Part shown: positions 28,801 through 39,151 of the stretch, in pieces | Layout of the letters: every line of letters begins with the position of its first letter | Position numbering within the stretch: position 1 is the first letter of the stretch | IMG/VR virus record: IMGVR_UViG_3300027608_000025 | Direction: 5' to 3' (one strand) | Source of the DNA: an uncultured virus (IMG/VR IMGVR_UViG_3300027608_000025) | Taxonomy: Duplodnaviria > Heunggongvirae > Uroviricota > Caudoviricetes | DNA: 64,000 nt | The notes under the pieces: generated by a model | Told to the model about the DNA's origin: nothing | What the model saw: only the letters and a program-made list of their open reading frames with translations | The model's database searches: none | Translations under genes and position numbers: made by a program

Positions 28801-31480
28801 CACCGGATATGTACTAGTACAAAATAATGCCCAATCCGGAGATGCTACTACAATCACCATTGCCAGTAATGATGCTAATTCAATTACAGAATATCTTGGT
28901 ATGAGAATTGTGATCACCAGCGGTGCAGGCACAGGACAGTACGGCTATATCACTGCCTACAACAATGTTTCCAAAGTAGTAAGTGTAACAAGAGAATCAG
29001 ACGATCAGCCAGGCTGGGACCATGTGGTGCCGGGAAAATTACCAACAGTTCCGTTATTAACTAACACCACATATAGAATAGAACCTCGAGTTATATTCTC
29101 TGCACCTGCATATTCAGCCACACAGATCACAGTGCCTGTGAATACTTCATGGTCAGAAATCGTCTATGGTGAAACCACCGAAACATATACCAACGTAGCG
29201 GTTAATGAAGCAGGAACAGGAACTACAATAGGAGTTGGCGCCGCAAATGCTACCTTTAATGTTGTAAAACAGGGCAGAGATTACACTCTCACAATTAATA
29301 ATGGCGGTGCAGGATACGAAGTTGATCAACTATTAACTATTTCCGGAACACTATTAGGAGGAACAACACCAACTAATGATCTATTCATATTGGTCACAGC
29401 TGTCAGCGATGACAGCACAAATTCTATACTCGCAGCACAACAAAAAACCTACGGTACTGGAGAAGACAACGAAGCAGCCAGCGGTAGATTTGTAGCAGTA
29501 TCTACCGGAGGCAGCGCCGCTCTGTATAGTGAAGACGGTACTACCTGGACTGATTTCAACATGCCGACTTCGGGAGACTGGAAGTGTTTAGCCGCAGGTA
29601 GAGTCACATATCCTGCATTAGGCAACCATATATTTGTAGCTATACGCACAGGCAGCGCAGTGGCAGCTAGTTCCTTAGACGGAATCACATGGACCACAAG
29701 AGCAATGCCAGCATCAAGGGTCTGGAAATCATGTATCTATGGGGGAGGTATATTCCTTGCCATAGCTTCAGATTCAAATTCAGCAGCCTACAGCCTAAAT
29801 GGCATTGGTTGGACTACAACTGTATTACCGGGGTTTGGTGATTCTACTCTTAACGAATGGGTAGATGTAGCCTACGGAAAAAACACCTACGTGGTGTTGG
29901 CCAATAGTGGAAATAATGTAATGGTAGGTGCATATAATTCTACCTTGAACACATGGTCGTGGACCGGCCACATCATGGATGTGATCGCAGACTCCTCGGC
30001 CAAAGACTGGGTCAGTATAGCCTACGGTAATGATAGATTTGTGGCCATATCCAGCACAGGTGAAGTGGCATATAGTTTTGATGGGGTTGTATGGCTAGCA
30101 GCCACAATGCCTTCGCAGGACGGAAGCACAGCCCATAACTGGAAAAAGATTCGCTATGCACAAGGAGTATTCTTTGCGGTTGGAGATACCGGCGGTAGAG
30201 ATATCGCAGGCGATCCAGTAGCTGTGCCAACAAACTACGCAGCCACATCATTCGACGGCATAGTATGGACGTCTAGAACATTGGCATCTTCCAAAGAATG
30301 GGTATCGATAGCGTTTGGTAATCCTTATGTGGATGCCAGAGACTCTACTACCGGTAAAAGAACCCCTATGTGGATAGCCATAGATAACACTGAAATATTC
30401 AACAAAATACAAACAGGAGCAAGAGCACTAGGTCGTGTGACCATAAGCAGCGGTATCATCAGAAGCATCAAGATGTGGGATCCAGGATCCGGCTATACAG
30501 AAGGACCGTTATGCACACTAGTTGATCCTAATAACAATACAGATGCTAGAATAGAATCCAGAACCGGAGATGGAGTTTTAGCCCAGCCTGGTTGGTTGAA
30601 CAGAGGACTGGGTTATAGAACAACCAGTACCACAGTTACAATCAGTGGCAACGGATATGCAGATGTTACTCCCTCAGGAAAATTCTTTGTAATGAATGAC
30701 CTAGATGCTTACCCCGGACCAGGCGCCAGTTTGACTATTGGTAACTTGCCAGATTTTTATACGCTGGTAGCCATAGAAGAAATTGGTCAAACTGACAGAG
30801 GACTAGCTGCGAGAATACGAGTTAGTCCCGAAATCAAGGTCAGAGATAATCTACAGCATCTTACACCTATCACTATCAGAACGCAGTTCAGCCAATGCCG
30901 TATCACTGGACATGATTTCTTAGACATAGGCACAGGCAACTTTGAAGAAACCAATTACCCAGAATTATACAGTGGATTCTATACTCCCTCACCAGAAAAC
31001 GAAGTAGTTGAACTGAATCGTGGCCGTGTATTCTATACCTCTACCGATCAAAGCGGTAACTTCCGTGCAGGAGAATTATTTGCGGTAGAACAGGCCACAG
31101 GTGTTGTAACGATCTCTGCGGACTTTTTTGATCTCGGTGGATTATCTGAACTGAGACTAGGTGGTATCAGAGTAGGCGGCACTGGAGCAGTGATTCGTGA
31201 GTTTTCAACTGATCCGTTATTCACCGCAGATTCTAATAACATCGTACCCACAGAACGAGCTATCAAAAGCTATCTAGCCAGTAGATTGTCAGTGGGCGGA
31301 TCTGAAATTGCAGTGGGTAGTTTCATAGCCGGTACCATATTGGTAGGACCAGATAGAATTAATAACACAGCTGGACTGAGAATCATAGTGCCGGTAAGAG
31401 CAGAATTCGATCAAGCGAGTTCGGGAATCAGCGGAAGCATGCTGGCACAGACGATGTTTTATAGGTCGTTTCGCAATTAA
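25868..31480 (+). CDS. Giant virion fibre/baseplate-associated protein
   Basis: 1870 aa. N-terminal W..Y..GD.V.YGG..Y.C...H repeats resemble carbohydrate-binding modules, followed by a beta-helix-like core and S.DG..W propeller-like repeats. C-terminal RVFYTSTDQ.GNFR.G. Confidence 0.75.
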   Translation: MAEFKISRIRYTWRNAWSNTTAYNRDDVVRYGGSTWICQRQHTASTFAADQAYLANAGDSQPSPAWLKMTDGYAWRGAWTQSTLYNPGDIALYGGVIYLCVTSHPSQSTFDANIANWAVYLSADNWRTAWLPNIRYGIGDVVRYNGTVYRCVVGHTSSSTALGLEIGNNDNQDDSTGELWQVVYEGIQYVGAWTAATRYRENDLVKYGGSILRCIIGHVADANITNANFVTEFPGFNFYQEWSNSVYYAIGDVVRHGGYLYISNNNNTASTSPVLDSTNWQVLSKQINFQGDWSASVDYKIGDLVRRGGDLYVAVTDVIDDGSSLDYLDDGDWEKITVGQNWRASWVINQQYSVNDLVIYLGNTYKCNFEHIATNQNFPGDNGSGFFYWDLLIQAGQDAGMTTRGDLLTYDLSRSLQGDGSTFGPARVPVGESDQLLIVNNENSVDYAYWGDIARVRYVSLDGVDDDTDPERGTSQFLPWRTIRYACEKVDDGFSGTTTIRVSVGEFEEIIPIIVPARTVILGAELRSTTIKAAGPIAALALDRTYHIAVLNRISGIIQAIVAGTAISPPKSAGNILNPVIVTETVSISFSPPQFDEFGSEIFDTSTQPRPTSNTAAIAIQTKIANIIAYINFNINSTGSNPTLVGTNTAVTDVEYTNTVLQLEANKEFLAAEAVAFMQVTYPIYAFDTIRLSTDIRRYIDAFKYDIIYTGNYKSLLAARYYRNAVLGCNESEDMFYVRNSTGIRNCTLKGLESTLNPPAAFDLYQKPLGGAYVSLDPGWGPADNRTWITTRSPYIQGVTTIGTGCVGQKIDGALHNGGNRSIVSNDFTQVLSDGIGAWVLNNGRAELVSVFSYYAHIGYLAEDGGVIRATNGNCSYGAYGAISDGVDASETPATAAVYTRAQQASIAAAFAGDFVDEIQILEFANCGNDYTSATATFAGAGVDAAVVFEDFRDDAVFEARLLDANAGTATIATAIGGTGYVLVQNNAQSGDATTITIASNDANSITEYLGMRIVITSGAGTGQYGYITAYNNVSKVVSVTRESDDQPGWDHVVPGKLPTVPLLTNTTYRIEPRVIFSAPAYSATQITVPVNTSWSEIVYGETTETYTNVAVNEAGTGTTIGVGAANATFNVVKQGRDYTLTINNGGAGYEVDQLLTISGTLLGGTTPTNDLFILVTAVSDDSTNSILAAQQKTYGTGEDNEAASGRFVAVSTGGSAALYSEDGTTWTDFNMPTSGDWKCLAAGRVTYPALGNHIFVAIRTGSAVAASSLDGITWTTRAMPASRVWKSCIYGGGIFLAIASDSNSAAYSLNGIGWTTTVLPGFGDSTLNEWVDVAYGKNTYVVLANSGNNVMVGAYNSTLNTWSWTGHIMDVIADSSAKDWVSIAYGNDRFVAISSTGEVAYSFDGVVWLAATMPSQDGSTAHNWKKIRYAQGVFFAVGDTGGRDIAGDPVAVPTNYAATSFDGIVWTSRTLASSKEWVSIAFGNPYVDARDSTTGKRTPMWIAIDNTEIFNKIQTGARALGRVTISSGIIRSIKMWDPGSGYTEGPLCTLVDPNNNTDARIESRTGDGVLAQPGWLNRGLGYRTTSTTVTISGNGYADVTPSGKFFVMNDLDAYPGPGASLTIGNLPDFYTLVAIEEIGQTDRGLAARIRVSPEIKVRDNLQHLTPITIRTQFSQCRITGHDFLDIGTGNFEETNYPELYSGFYTPSPENEVVELNRGRVFYTSTDQSGNFRAGELFAVEQATGVVTISADFFDLGGLSELRLGGIRVGGTGAVIREFSTDPLFTADSNNIVPTERAIKSYLASRLSVGGSEIAVGSFIAGTILVGPDRINNTAGLRIIVPVRAEFDQASSGISGSMLAQTMFYRSFRN
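28391..28443 (+). repeat. 53-nt perfect repeat, copy 1 (copy 2 at 35853-35905)
   Basis: AACAACGGTCGTGCTGAATTGGTATCAGTGTTCTCATACTATGCGCACATCGG occurs in both giant genes. Confidence 0.9.
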
Positions 31481-31514
31481 TTTTTATTAATAAATATAGG
31501 ATACGGAGTAGAAA

Positions 31515-34500
31515 ATGGCAGAATTCAAACTAGGTAGAATTAGATTTGTATGGAAAAATGACTGGAACCCTTCCACCGTCTATTACATAGACGATGTGAT
31601 AAGATACGGTGCCCGCACCTATATCTGTGCTGTAGGTCATACCTCCGCAGCGGATTTTAACACAGATCTAGAATACAGTCCTACCAAATGGAATCAAATG
31701 AGCGACGGCCAATCATGGACCGGCGATTGGAATACTTCTACATTCTACAAACTTAATGATGTGGTGAAATATGGCGGATTGTTATATATCTGCAATGACA
31801 GTCACACATCTACAGCCACAACAGCATCAGGTCTAGAAGCTGATCAAGCCAAATGGACATTATATGCCGAAGGATTTGATTGGAAAAATTCTTGGTCAGT
31901 CAGCACACGATACAAGGTAAATGATCTAGTTAGATACGGCGGTTACACTTATGTATGTAATACCTATCATACATCTGCAGCCACAGCCGCATCGGGACTA
32001 GAAGCTGATCAAGCTAAATGGGACAGTTTCAACCAAGGCATAGAATACAAAGGTACCTGGGTCACCGCTACCAGATATAAACTCAATGATGTTATAAAAT
32101 ATGGTGCAGGACTTTGGATCTGTACCACACAGCACACTGCTGATGCCGCATTCTTAACAGACAGCACTGCAGGTCGTTGGGCACAATTTGCAGAAGGTAT
32201 TGAATTTGAAGATACATGGAGTTCTGGAACTCTATACCAACCAGGAGACATAGTTCGATACGGTGGTAATCAATACGTAGCAAAAAATATTCACTCAGCG
32301 ATTGTTCCATCGACAGGCACATCAAATTGGGATTTATACAGCGAAGGATTCAAATTTCAATCAGACTGGAATGATAGTACTTCTTACAAAATCGGTGAAG
32401 TTGTTAGACTTCGCGGATATACCTATCTAGCCACAGCAGACAATACTAATCAAGAGCCACCTAATGTCACATATTGGCAAAGACTTACTTCTGGTATTGC
32501 TTGGCAAGGAGAATGGACTGACGATATAAATTATAAATTAGGCGATGCAGTGAGATTTGGCGCAAATGCCTATATCTGTCTTCTGGCACACAGATCAGAA
32601 GGTGACGATGGATCAACTATAGGACCAGAAGGCGGAGGTGCTGCTAATAGTAGACCAGATCAAGACAGCACAGGTACCTATTGGAGCTTACTAAACATCG
32701 GTTCTGAAACTGATATCTTATCAGTTCGTGGAGATTTAGTTTACTACAGCGGTTCGGGCCCTACAAGATTACCTATCGGACGTGAAGGTCAAGTTCTACG
32801 GTCCGACGGTGTAGACCCAGAATGGGCCACACTAGGCGAAATTGATCACAATTATTTTGTAGCACCACACGGCACAGATCTTCCTGCACCTATACATGGC
32901 AAGACCTGGGATAAGCCATGGAAGACTATTCGATATGCCTGTGAACAGGTAGAACGTGGCCCTAGAAATCCCGATGCCACATATCTATTAGAACTTAATC
33001 GTGTGTTCATACAACGAGAAACCACAGAATTCATACAGAATCAGATCACTAACAACATAGCACCGTTCACATCGGCATTTGTCTACGACGATTTCAAATG
33101 TGAAAGAGATGTGGGATTTGTTGTAGATGCATTGATCTATGATCTTAGACATGGCGGCAACGTCAAAACTAGAGGAGCAGCTAATGCTCTCATAGGTGGA
33201 CTCAGCGCAGAAGAAACAGAAGCATATCCTGGTCTAGCTGCAGAATCAGACGAATCCATAGCGGCCTATAATTACATGGTCACTGTAGTCGAGGATGTAC
33301 TAGCACAGACAGCTCCAGCAGTGAACTATCAGACCTTGAACGGTGACAATTCAACTGCCACAGTATCGCAGTATTTCAATGCTGACCTCACAGCAGAACC
33401 AGGAGCATATACCACAGCAGCTGGTTTAGTTGAAGTAATCACTGATGCTATCACTGCCCGTGCAGCAGCAGTAACCGCTCCACAGATCGCAGCAGCATTG
33501 GCCAGTGTGCCTGCTCGTAGAAGTCCTAACAATCTTATCAGCATTGCTACTGGGCAATACAGAGAAACGTTGCCTATCATTGTTCCAGAACAGACCTGCG
33601 TGATTGGAGACGAATTAAGATCCACAAACGCTGGTCCTGCTGGTAGCTTGACGAATCTTGCAGATTCTTACTATTCTATGGGTGCGCTGTCAAGACTAGA
33701 AACAGTAGTCAGTCAAATTATCACTGGCTCTAACGTCACAGAAAGCTCAGGAAACACTGCTACACAGAGTGCAGCATTTCCGTATGCCAGCGCAGATGAA
33801 CAGGCAGATATCACACAGCTGGTAAGAGTAATACAGCATCAGATCGATTATCGAATCAGCACCACTCACATGGTTACCAACACAGATCCTACAGGTTACG
33901 ATACTGCTTATCTCACAGGCTACGGTGATGCTAGAACACTGATAAAAGAAAACAAAGAATTTATCAAAGCTGAAATCATCGCCTTTATCACTGAAAACTA
34001 CCCTTCAGTGAAATATTCTAGAACCATATGCAAACGAGACACAGGTTTTATTGTCGATGCTATGGTCTATGACTTGACCTATGGCGGTTTTACGCAGACA
34101 CTGAATGCAGGATTAGCCTATTTTGACGGCACCACAGGGCTGGAAATTGACGCATCAGAAGTCACTGCTACTGTGGCTGCTTATGGTAGATTAAAAACTG
34201 TGATGCAAGAAATCGCTGCTAACACCACAGTGACCAAATCCACAGGTAATGCTGCTACACAATGGACCGATGCGACTAATCTCACAGGTGGGTCTGCAGC
34301 CAGCGCATTCATCGGCGCTAACATTGACAACATCACTAACCTATTAGCAGGCGATTCCACCGCAGCTACTCCTCCTATCGTTACAGTGACTTCGATAACT
34401 GGCACAGACACCTTTGTTACTGCTGGTCACAGTCTACAAGCAGGCGACCTAGTGGTTCCTATTGAAACACAGAACGGACTCACTGTAGGCACACGTTATT

Positions 34501-37500
34501 ACGTAATTGCATCAGGACTTACAGCTACTGATTTCAAGGTATCAACAAGTTATGCGGGTGCAGCAGCCACAGGATTTACTAACGGTTCTGGTTTAACCTT
34601 GGTAATGACCTACGAGGATCGTCCGATTGCCACCAACGCTGTAACTTCTACCACAGCACTAATTACTGCATTTACAACTCTAAGTGCGGCGGCTCAGACT
34701 ATTGTATCAAACATGACAGTTTATATTGATGCAAACTTTCCATCATTAACCTATGATCCTAATAAGTGTGAAAGAGATGCTAGAATTATCTTAGATGCAG
34801 TAGGCTATGACTTCATGTTTAACGCCAACGGACAAACTAGAAATGCAGCTTACGCTTATCTAAGAGCCAGTGCCAGCGATGTTTATAGTCTAGGACAGAA
34901 AGCAGCCACCCGAGCAGCATTTAGTTATGTGAAAACACAAGCCAAGGCCAACGTAGGCGGTGATGCTACTGCACAGGCTCGCATTGAAACACTGATGACT
35001 CTGTTAGATGATATCATTTATGGCGCCACCAACGAAGGTAGTCGCTGTGCTTCTGGTAACAGGATGGTGGATTACGCAGTTCTGCAGTTAGAAAGAAACA
35101 GAGATTATGTTGTTACAGAGATCGATGCGTACATAGACTCAACATATACAACCACAGTAACGAATGCCACAGCGGCCACAGATGTGTTTACCTGCACCAG
35201 CACAGCTTGGATGCAGCGTAATGCAGCAGTGAGATTCTCAGGAACTGTATTTGGCGGTATTAGCACAGGTACAACATATTACATACAGAATGTTGTAAGC
35301 TCAACAACCTTTAAAATCTCAACTACAAGAGATTCAAACACAGCACTAGACATTGCATCTAATGCATCTGGATCTATGACTGTGAGCTTGTATTACAGCA
35401 GTGAAGCATGCCTGCGAGACGTTGGTACATATATTGACGCACTAAAATATGATTTGAAATATCCAGGCAACTACAAATCTCGATATGCCGCTAGATACTA
35501 TGGTAACAGCGTGGTTGGCAGCCTAGAAGAAGACATGTATTATCTACGTGATGGTACAGGTGTTAGAGATCAGACACTGCAGGGACTCACAGGCGATCTT
35601 TTAGCACCTAATGAGTACGGTACATCAAGAGTTTCGGCCGGAGCCTACTGTTCCTTGGATCCAGGTTGGGGTCCAGAAGATTACCGTACCTGGATCAACA
35701 CTCGCTCACCATACGTACAAGGGGTGACCACACTGGGTACAGCCGCCGTGGGACAGAAGATCGACGGCTCGCTGCACAATGGTGGTAATGATTCCATCGT
35801 TTCCAACGACTTCACACAGGTTATATCAGACGGTATTGGTGCTTGGATCACCAACAACGGTCGTGCTGAATTGGTATCAGTGTTCTCATACTATGCGCAC
35901 ATCGGATATCTAGCAGAAAATGGTGGTAGGATCCGTGGCACCAACGGTAACTGTTCATACGGAGATTTTGGAGCTGTGGCAGAAGGATTTGATGCCAGTG
36001 AAACACCTGGCACAGCCGTAGTAGATAATAGACTGCAATTTGAAGCAGTTATTGATCGCATTGTCACAGACGGATCGGCACTGACACAATTTGAATTTAC
36101 CAATGCTGGTATTGATTACACTGAAGTCACATATGTCATTACAGGTGGCGGCACTGGAGGATCAGTTCAGCAGGATGAATTCCGTGATGACGCTGTGTTC
36201 GAAGTACGCATGTTGGATCTAGTTGAAGACAGTACCGACGCTGAAGAAGCTGTAGGTAATTTTGGTGGATTTGGTTATATTACAAATTCCAACACCTGCC
36301 AGGGCGGCACATCAACTTCAGTGACTATTGCTGCCACAGATAGTGAGACCAGCACAGCCTATATAGGTATGAAAATCGTGCTCACAGGCGGTGCAGGTGT
36401 AGGACAGTTTGGTATTATCGACACATATAATTCAGGCACTAAAGTAGCAGGCTTGGTCAAAGAATCCGATGGCACAGCAGGATTTGATCATTTGATAGCA
36501 GGCACAGCAATAGTATCACCAGATGCTTCTAGCACCTATATCATCGAACCAAGAGTAACATTCTCAGCACCCGGCTACACATCCACAGCAGCTACACTGC
36601 CAACCTCAGGCACATGGACCGCTGTCAAATACGGAGAAACCGCAGCGGTATACGCATCAGTCACCGGCACCTACAGTGGTGCCGGTGTTGGTGCTACATT
36701 TACTGTGATACGCAACGGATGGAAATACACACCGTCCTTACAGACCGCTGGTACAGGATATGTGAGATTACAAACCATTACCATACTGGGAACCAGTCTC
36801 GGTGGGTTGAGCACAGCCAACGACCTAGTGATAACCATCACCGCGGTTAATGCTGCAACTGGAGCTATCTTAAACTTTGATCATGCAGGATATGGCATAG
36901 GTGGCAGATATGTAGCTCTAAGAGGTGGCAGCACAGTGGGCGCAACATCTGAAGATGGTATTGCATGGGATACTCGAGCCAGCTTAATGCCGAGTGCGGC
37001 AAACTGGTCAGCTATGACTGCTGGCTTGTTTGATGACGGATCCACAGTGGGCAAAGTCAGCAAATTCGTAGCAGTTGCTGGAACCTCAGCCAACACCACA
37101 GGTGCATATTCAGATGACGGCATTACTTGGTCAGCCGCCAGTATGCAGACATCAGCAACATGGGTAGATGTGGCATTTGGTGGTTTCAGCGCACAGAAAT
37201 TTGTAGCAATAGCCAGCGATGTAACCACTGTGCGGATCAGCAATGATGGTGAAAACTGGGATCAAACTGGCACACTTACCACCACTGGTTTCACAGCTAT
37301 TGCATACGGTAAAAACAGATTCGTAGCCATCAAGAGTGGAACCGCAGTTACAAATTATGCTACCACATCAGGAGTCACGGGCACATGGACTGCAGGCACA
37401 CTGCCAAGTTCATCGAACTGGAACAGTATAGCCTACGGTAATAACAGATTCGTAGCTGTGTCTAACACCAGTGGTACTGTAGCTGCCTACAGTCTAGATG

Positions 37501-38795
37501 GTATTACGTGGACTGCCAGCACACTGCCATCAACAGCACAATGGACCAAGGTCACATACGGTCAAGGAGTATTCCTTGCTGTGAGTACAACCACAGCAGC
37601 AGCAACTTCTCCAGACGGTATCACATGGACTCTAAGAGCTACATCTACAGCAGCCAGTGGATTCTCAGCTGTCACTTTTGGTAACAGAAATCGTTATGGT
37701 CAATTTGTAGGTGTTGGCGCTAGCACAGGCACAGTAGCCACATACATTAGAACTGGAGCCACTGCTAGAGCTCGTGCGTTGGTGGCATCTAACAAGATAT
37801 TCCAGATTAACATCACAGAGCCTGGTTCTGGATATACTACTGAACCAACTATAACATTCACGGATCCTAACAACACCTTTGAAGCACCAGTAACCGTGAG
37901 ACGAGGATCGGGAGTATTGGCCAATCCATCGTTTGTTAACCGAGGCACGCAGTATGTCACCAGCAGCTGTGAAGTAGACATCGGCGACGGTTACGCCAAC
38001 GTGTTCCAACCAGGCGCATTTGTAGCAGTGAGACAGATCACTGAACAACCAACTCCGGGATCTAATGTGGTGTTTGGACATCTACCAGATCGCACATTTA
38101 AATTAGTGAATGTTATCACGTTCTTGGGCGTCAACGATGGAGCCTACACCGCATTCTTACAGATCAGTCCTAATTTAACCATCGGCGAAGCACCTGAAGA
38201 TGCTGTAACGGTCACCACCAGACTGCGTTATAGCCAGTGTCGTTTAACTGGGCATGACTTCTTGGACATAGGTACTGGTAGTTTTATTGAAACTAACTAT
38301 CCTAACTCTCCGTTGCAGCCGCCTATTCCAGCCAACGAAGCAGTTGATTCCAACGGTGGCCGTGTGTTCTTTACAAGCACAGACCAGGACGGTAACTTCC
38401 GAGTTGGCGACCTGTTTAACATTGAACAATCAACTGGTATTGCTACATTAAATGCTGATGCTTTTAATATTTCGGGCCTGCAAGAACTTAATTTAGGCAA
38501 CGTGACACTAGGTGGCGGTTCGGCTACGATCACTGAATTCTCTACAGACCCGTTCTTTACTGCGGATTCAGACAATATCGTACCTACACAGAGAGCGATC
38601 AAAGCCTATATTGGCAGCCAAATTGGTGGTGGTGGTGCTAGCTTGAACGTTAACTCAGTGACAGCAGGATCAGTGTTTATCAGCTCAAATATCATAACTA
38701 CTACCACAGGCGGTGCGATTAAAATGAATGCTACCTTTGATTTCAGAGGGGGAGTAACTGGCCTTCCGTTGGCATTCAACTACTTTTTAAACTAA
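31515..38795 (+). CDS. Giant virion fibre/baseplate-associated protein (paralogue of 25868)
   Basis: 2426 aa with the same architecture plus helical KC.RD...DA..YD repeats. TAAATA at 31491-31496. Confidence 0.75.
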   Translation: MAEFKLGRIRFVWKNDWNPSTVYYIDDVIRYGARTYICAVGHTSAADFNTDLEYSPTKWNQMSDGQSWTGDWNTSTFYKLNDVVKYGGLLYICNDSHTSTATTASGLEADQAKWTLYAEGFDWKNSWSVSTRYKVNDLVRYGGYTYVCNTYHTSAATAASGLEADQAKWDSFNQGIEYKGTWVTATRYKLNDVIKYGAGLWICTTQHTADAAFLTDSTAGRWAQFAEGIEFEDTWSSGTLYQPGDIVRYGGNQYVAKNIHSAIVPSTGTSNWDLYSEGFKFQSDWNDSTSYKIGEVVRLRGYTYLATADNTNQEPPNVTYWQRLTSGIAWQGEWTDDINYKLGDAVRFGANAYICLLAHRSEGDDGSTIGPEGGGAANSRPDQDSTGTYWSLLNIGSETDILSVRGDLVYYSGSGPTRLPIGREGQVLRSDGVDPEWATLGEIDHNYFVAPHGTDLPAPIHGKTWDKPWKTIRYACEQVERGPRNPDATYLLELNRVFIQRETTEFIQNQITNNIAPFTSAFVYDDFKCERDVGFVVDALIYDLRHGGNVKTRGAANALIGGLSAEETEAYPGLAAESDESIAAYNYMVTVVEDVLAQTAPAVNYQTLNGDNSTATVSQYFNADLTAEPGAYTTAAGLVEVITDAITARAAAVTAPQIAAALASVPARRSPNNLISIATGQYRETLPIIVPEQTCVIGDELRSTNAGPAGSLTNLADSYYSMGALSRLETVVSQIITGSNVTESSGNTATQSAAFPYASADEQADITQLVRVIQHQIDYRISTTHMVTNTDPTGYDTAYLTGYGDARTLIKENKEFIKAEIIAFITENYPSVKYSRTICKRDTGFIVDAMVYDLTYGGFTQTLNAGLAYFDGTTGLEIDASEVTATVAAYGRLKTVMQEIAANTTVTKSTGNAATQWTDATNLTGGSAASAFIGANIDNITNLLAGDSTAATPPIVTVTSITGTDTFVTAGHSLQAGDLVVPIETQNGLTVGTRYYVIASGLTATDFKVSTSYAGAAATGFTNGSGLTLVMTYEDRPIATNAVTSTTALITAFTTLSAAAQTIVSNMTVYIDANFPSLTYDPNKCERDARIILDAVGYDFMFNANGQTRNAAYAYLRASASDVYSLGQKAATRAAFSYVKTQAKANVGGDATAQARIETLMTLLDDIIYGATNEGSRCASGNRMVDYAVLQLERNRDYVVTEIDAYIDSTYTTTVTNATAATDVFTCTSTAWMQRNAAVRFSGTVFGGISTGTTYYIQNVVSSTTFKISTTRDSNTALDIASNASGSMTVSLYYSSEACLRDVGTYIDALKYDLKYPGNYKSRYAARYYGNSVVGSLEEDMYYLRDGTGVRDQTLQGLTGDLLAPNEYGTSRVSAGAYCSLDPGWGPEDYRTWINTRSPYVQGVTTLGTAAVGQKIDGSLHNGGNDSIVSNDFTQVISDGIGAWITNNGRAELVSVFSYYAHIGYLAENGGRIRGTNGNCSYGDFGAVAEGFDASETPGTAVVDNRLQFEAVIDRIVTDGSALTQFEFTNAGIDYTEVTYVITGGGTGGSVQQDEFRDDAVFEVRMLDLVEDSTDAEEAVGNFGGFGYITNSNTCQGGTSTSVTIAATDSETSTAYIGMKIVLTGGAGVGQFGIIDTYNSGTKVAGLVKESDGTAGFDHLIAGTAIVSPDASSTYIIEPRVTFSAPGYTSTAATLPTSGTWTAVKYGETAAVYASVTGTYSGAGVGATFTVIRNGWKYTPSLQTAGTGYVRLQTITILGTSLGGLSTANDLVITITAVNAATGAILNFDHAGYGIGGRYVALRGGSTVGATSEDGIAWDTRASLMPSAANWSAMTAGLFDDGSTVGKVSKFVAVAGTSANTTGAYSDDGITWSAASMQTSATWVDVAFGGFSAQKFVAIASDVTTVRISNDGENWDQTGTLTTTGFTAIAYGKNRFVAIKSGTAVTNYATTSGVTGTWTAGTLPSSSNWNSIAYGNNRFVAVSNTSGTVAAYSLDGITWTASTLPSTAQWTKVTYGQGVFLAVSTTTAAATSPDGITWTLRATSTAASGFSAVTFGNRNRYGQFVGVGASTGTVATYIRTGATARARALVASNKIFQINITEPGSGYTTEPTITFTDPNNTFEAPVTVRRGSGVLANPSFVNRGTQYVTSSCEVDIGDGYANVFQPGAFVAVRQITEQPTPGSNVVFGHLPDRTFKLVNVITFLGVNDGAYTAFLQISPNLTIGEAPEDAVTVTTRLRYSQCRLTGHDFLDIGTGSFIETNYPNSPLQPPIPANEAVDSNGGRVFFTSTDQDGNFRVGDLFNIEQSTGIATLNADAFNISGLQELNLGNVTLGGGSATITEFSTDPFFTADSDNIVPTQRAIKAYIGSQIGGGGASLNVNSVTAGSVFISSNIITTTTGGAIKMNATFDFRGGVTGLPLAFNYFLN
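35853..35905 (+). repeat. 53-nt perfect repeat, copy 2
   Basis: Identical to 28391-28443. Confidence 0.9.
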
Positions 38796-38817
38796 ATATA
38801 TACATGGAGAACAAATT

Positions 38818-39138
38818 ATGGCAACAGGAAGACTAGGAGTAGCAGATCTCTCAGCAGCTACTAATACCACATTATACACAGTGCCTGCAAGTACATTCGC
38901 AGTTGTAACTGTAAATGTGGTAAACAGGGGTGCATCAGCGGCTGCTGTAAGAATAGCAGTGGCTTCTACAGCATCTCCAGCAGATTCAGAATATATCGAA
39001 TATGACGTTAGCCTAGCTGCAAAAGGTGTGGTAGAACGCACAGGTATTGTTATGGATGCAGGAAAGCTCTTGGTAGTACGATCAAGTGCAGTAAGTGTAA
39101 ATGCTGTGGTTTACGGCATCGAAACTTCAACTGCGTAA
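38818..39138 (+). CDS. Small virion protein
   Basis: 106 aa, paralogue of 21737 and 25148. TAAATA at 38793-38798 and GGAG SD. Confidence 0.65.
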   Translation: MATGRLGVADLSAATNTTLYTVPASTFAVVTVNVVNRGASAAAVRIAVASTASPADSEYIEYDVSLAAKGVVERTGIVMDAGKLLVVRSSAVSVNAVVYGIETSTA

Positions 39139-39151
39139 CTAGGAGAATCAA

